DNA of 64,000 bases from Zancudomyces culisetae HAW-14-8 (Eukaryota; Fungi; Kickxellomycota): positions 2,790,001 through 2,854,000 of the forward strand of contig JBNJNM010000006.1 of the NCBI GenBank assembly GCA_052426225.1, read 5' to 3'. A model generated the notes under the pieces. That model was not told the DNA's origin. It made no database searches and was given only the letters and a program-made list of their open reading frames with translations. The first letter of the stretch is position 1. Every line of letters starts with the position of its first letter. This document shows positions 61,323-64,000 of this stretch, one piece after another. Position numbers and translations under genes: made by a program.

Positions 61323-63584
61323 TATTATTGAGTTGTAGTAAACCCTAACATGGATTTTTGAACTCTACTTTTGTTAAAAACTTTATCAAACATATCTCGA
61401 TATACTATAAATATATTTTAGCTTTGAACTCACAATTCCTGACTTGGCTTTGTAGGTTGTCTAGTTGGGCTTTTTAACTTTTAGTATTACAATTCGTCAA
61501 TAAATTACATGTTCTGATTATTTGTGGAAACCTAAAAAATATAGATAAAAAAACCAATTCTTTAATTAAAACAAAAACTGACCAACCCTGGTGGAAGTGA
61601 GGCGAATTGTAGTTGATTTAGTTTTACTAGTGGGCTATATACTTGTACTAACTTCTGGTTTTTTTTTAGCTCAATGAATGCAAAATCGGATAATATTCGT
61701 GGTATTTGTTGATACTGTATAGTCATTGTACAAGGGCGTTGATACAATACTTATCACCATTCGGTTTCATTGCTTTAATACCCAATTGGTTGGCTGTACA
61801 TAAATATCGAAAGTACAAAATTATCAGACTATGGTATACCAATATCACAGTACTTTAGTGCGTAATGTAGCTGGTTATGCATATGACGATAGTCGATTTA
61901 GATTATATTTTTATTCGTTATTGAAACATCTTTATTATTTTAGCGTTTAATTATAATAATATAACTATCTTAAAGGGTGTAATAATGAAAAATTAGTAAT
62001 TAGCCAAGTAAATCAAGCTAGTTAGAACTTTAAAAGTTAATCGGCCTTTCAACTAGGATAGCTAGTAATTAAAAGTAGATTATGCTGATAACGAAGAAAT
62101 AAACTAATGATTCTGTACAGTAAAAACGTATTCAGCTATATATCATCCAGATCCTCTCTCTTGGCAGCAGCCTCAGCGGACCTGATTTGAATTAAAATAA
62201 CATACGTTCAAACATATGCAGTACCACGTGATAAAAAGTTCAATCAAGATAGAATGCAGTACCATATAAAAGTGCAGAACTTTCCATTTTCCAATCATCC
62301 ATTATTATACTTTAATCACATATGCAGTTAAAATGAGATGGCAAGAATTATAAATGCTTTAACGGATCCTATTTATTCTTGCTAAATCACTACCGCTAGC
62401 AGTGGTAGCTTGATTTTCTACTTGATCTGGTTCCATTTCTTTTGATGTTTATCGGATTGATAGTTATAATTAAATTAAAATCAGGGATGTTAAATTGAAG
62501 TGTAGATATTGGAATTAAACTAATTATATTTTTTCCAACGAATTATATTTCGATTTGATGGAGATTCCTAAAATACTTTTTTAGTTAAACCTTAGGTTAT
62601 GGGTAGTAGAACAATTCTTCATTTAATATATAGATGTTATATATACTTTCTATGAGTCTTTATTTTTCTGATATTCTGCTGATTGGAATACTCACATTTA
62701 AAAAACTATACAGATTGGACAACCCTTTGAAAATATATTATTATAGTGAGTTAAATTTTCATGTTTTACGTTCATAAAGGAAGATGGTATTTTCGGACGT
62801 GACCAAGCAGATAACATTAGTTTGTCGGGTTTCTGACGGATAGAAACTCATGATTTATCAAATATTTAAAATCTTTAAATGCGTTACGTGACAATCAGGA
62901 TTTAAATTCATGGACGAGACACCTAATCTGTAACTATCAGAAGAGTAGCAACCATCATCCCGGAACTGTTAAATGACTGTCAAACAGAGTTGCTTCATCA
63001 AACCTGATATTTGAGATTTTAGTATTTTTTACATATATTTTTACCTTAAATACTAGCCTTAGCACTATTTATAATATTAGATGATTTATTTTCAATTCAA
63101 AATAATTTTTTAAACAAAGTCTTTACTATTTATATTTGCTTTATTTCCTATTCTTGTTGTAACTAAATAACTACTAAAAGAGATGTAAAACCTCCTATTG
63201 AGTTATCTTAAACTTCTATATATTTATTATAATTTGCAATATCTGCCTATTTGTAGCTTCCACATGCATTTATATAATATCTTGATACATTTCCTCATCA
63301 ATAGATTGTCACAATTTCATTACTCGTATTTTTACTATTATGATATTGATATATACTATGATCATTAATTTCTTTTTCAGGTGGTTTTACATTGAATATT
63401 TATCTCTTGAATCTTTTATTTTAATAGTTACTGCATTTCGTGATTTAAATTTGTTTATTTTAGATTATTTATATTATTGTTAAAATTAATTATAAATTTG
63501 ATATTTTTATAATTTATTTGAACACATAATTTCAAAATAATTCGATTAATTAGGTCTTAATCACAAACGCACGAAAATTAATAG

Positions 63585-63995
63585 CACTGAGTTTGTTTAA
63601 AGTGGGAACTATTGGTATTCCAAAATAGTCCAGTCAAAATAATTGACTCAAAGTTGAGACAGGAGTGGGTGTGGTTGATGCCGAGGAGGTTGTAGATGTG
63701 GATCCATCTATTGTCACGACTCTTGGCATTTTCAATTCTAGAACTGTAGTTAGGTTTATTGTGTGACAGCTACTATAAAATTTGAGATTTAGGTATCAAA
63801 AATAGTCAAATTATCGGCTATAAAGTCAGGGATAATTATAGTACGGTCAGAGGCTTGTTTGCGGAATAGCCTTGATGCTTCTCTTTTGTGAATTTTTTCA
63901 ATATTGCGAATTTCTCATTTTTTAGATCGTTTAGCTATTACTGAATAGTTTATGAATGCAAAGGAAAAATGACTGTTAAATATGTTTATCTTCAT
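63585..63995 (-). pseudogene. Possible disrupted gene for a Ser/Thr-rich protein
   Basis: The minus strand reads MKINIF... and STSTTSSASTTPTPVSTL, broken by stops and frameshifts. No family recognised. Confidence 0.2.
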
Positions 63996-64000
63996 TATAT

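Noticed and set aside
62140-62440. Possible small spliced minus-strand gene (MEPDQVENQ..., SAEAAAKREDLDDI)
   Set aside because: I could not build a consistent exon chain or recognise a family.
1-64000. CRISPR arrays, rRNA, hammerhead or HDV ribozymes
   Set aside because: No repeat-spacer arrays, rRNA signatures or complete ribozyme cores were seen by eye. An Infernal scan would be needed to exclude the RNAs.

Overview
AT-rich eukaryotic DNA with short GT-AG introns and fungal-type genes, probably from an early-diverging fungus (Zoopagomycota/Harpellales-like; this is an inference). There are three zones. (1) 1-24.5 kb is gene-dense: a PhoD-like phosphatase, ChaC, an FHA protein, a 7-exon RPP40, a CCDC137-like gene, a Sec7-PH Arf-GEF, a signal peptide peptidase and RRS1. 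(2) About 26.7-55.4 kb is an island made only of retroelements: decayed APE-type and L1/Tx1-like LINEs, two decayed chromodomain Ty3/gypsy elements, solo LTRs (one with a perfect 5-bp TSD), a DIRS RNase H fragment, and a nearly intact DIRS tyrosine-recombinase retrotransposon with ITRs, ICR and a TTATTA junction. (3) 57-61 kb holds a small secreted Cys protein and a fungal transcription-factor-domain gene. Main observations: restoring one missing base makes the DIRS recombinase frame a single ~1223-codon ORF overlapping both gag and RT/RH/MT; heat-shock-element arrays occur in both the DIRS ITRs and an unrelated solo LTR; both gypsy elements retain -1 frameshift signals; and two long genes show sharp mid-gene G-to-C strand-skew flips.
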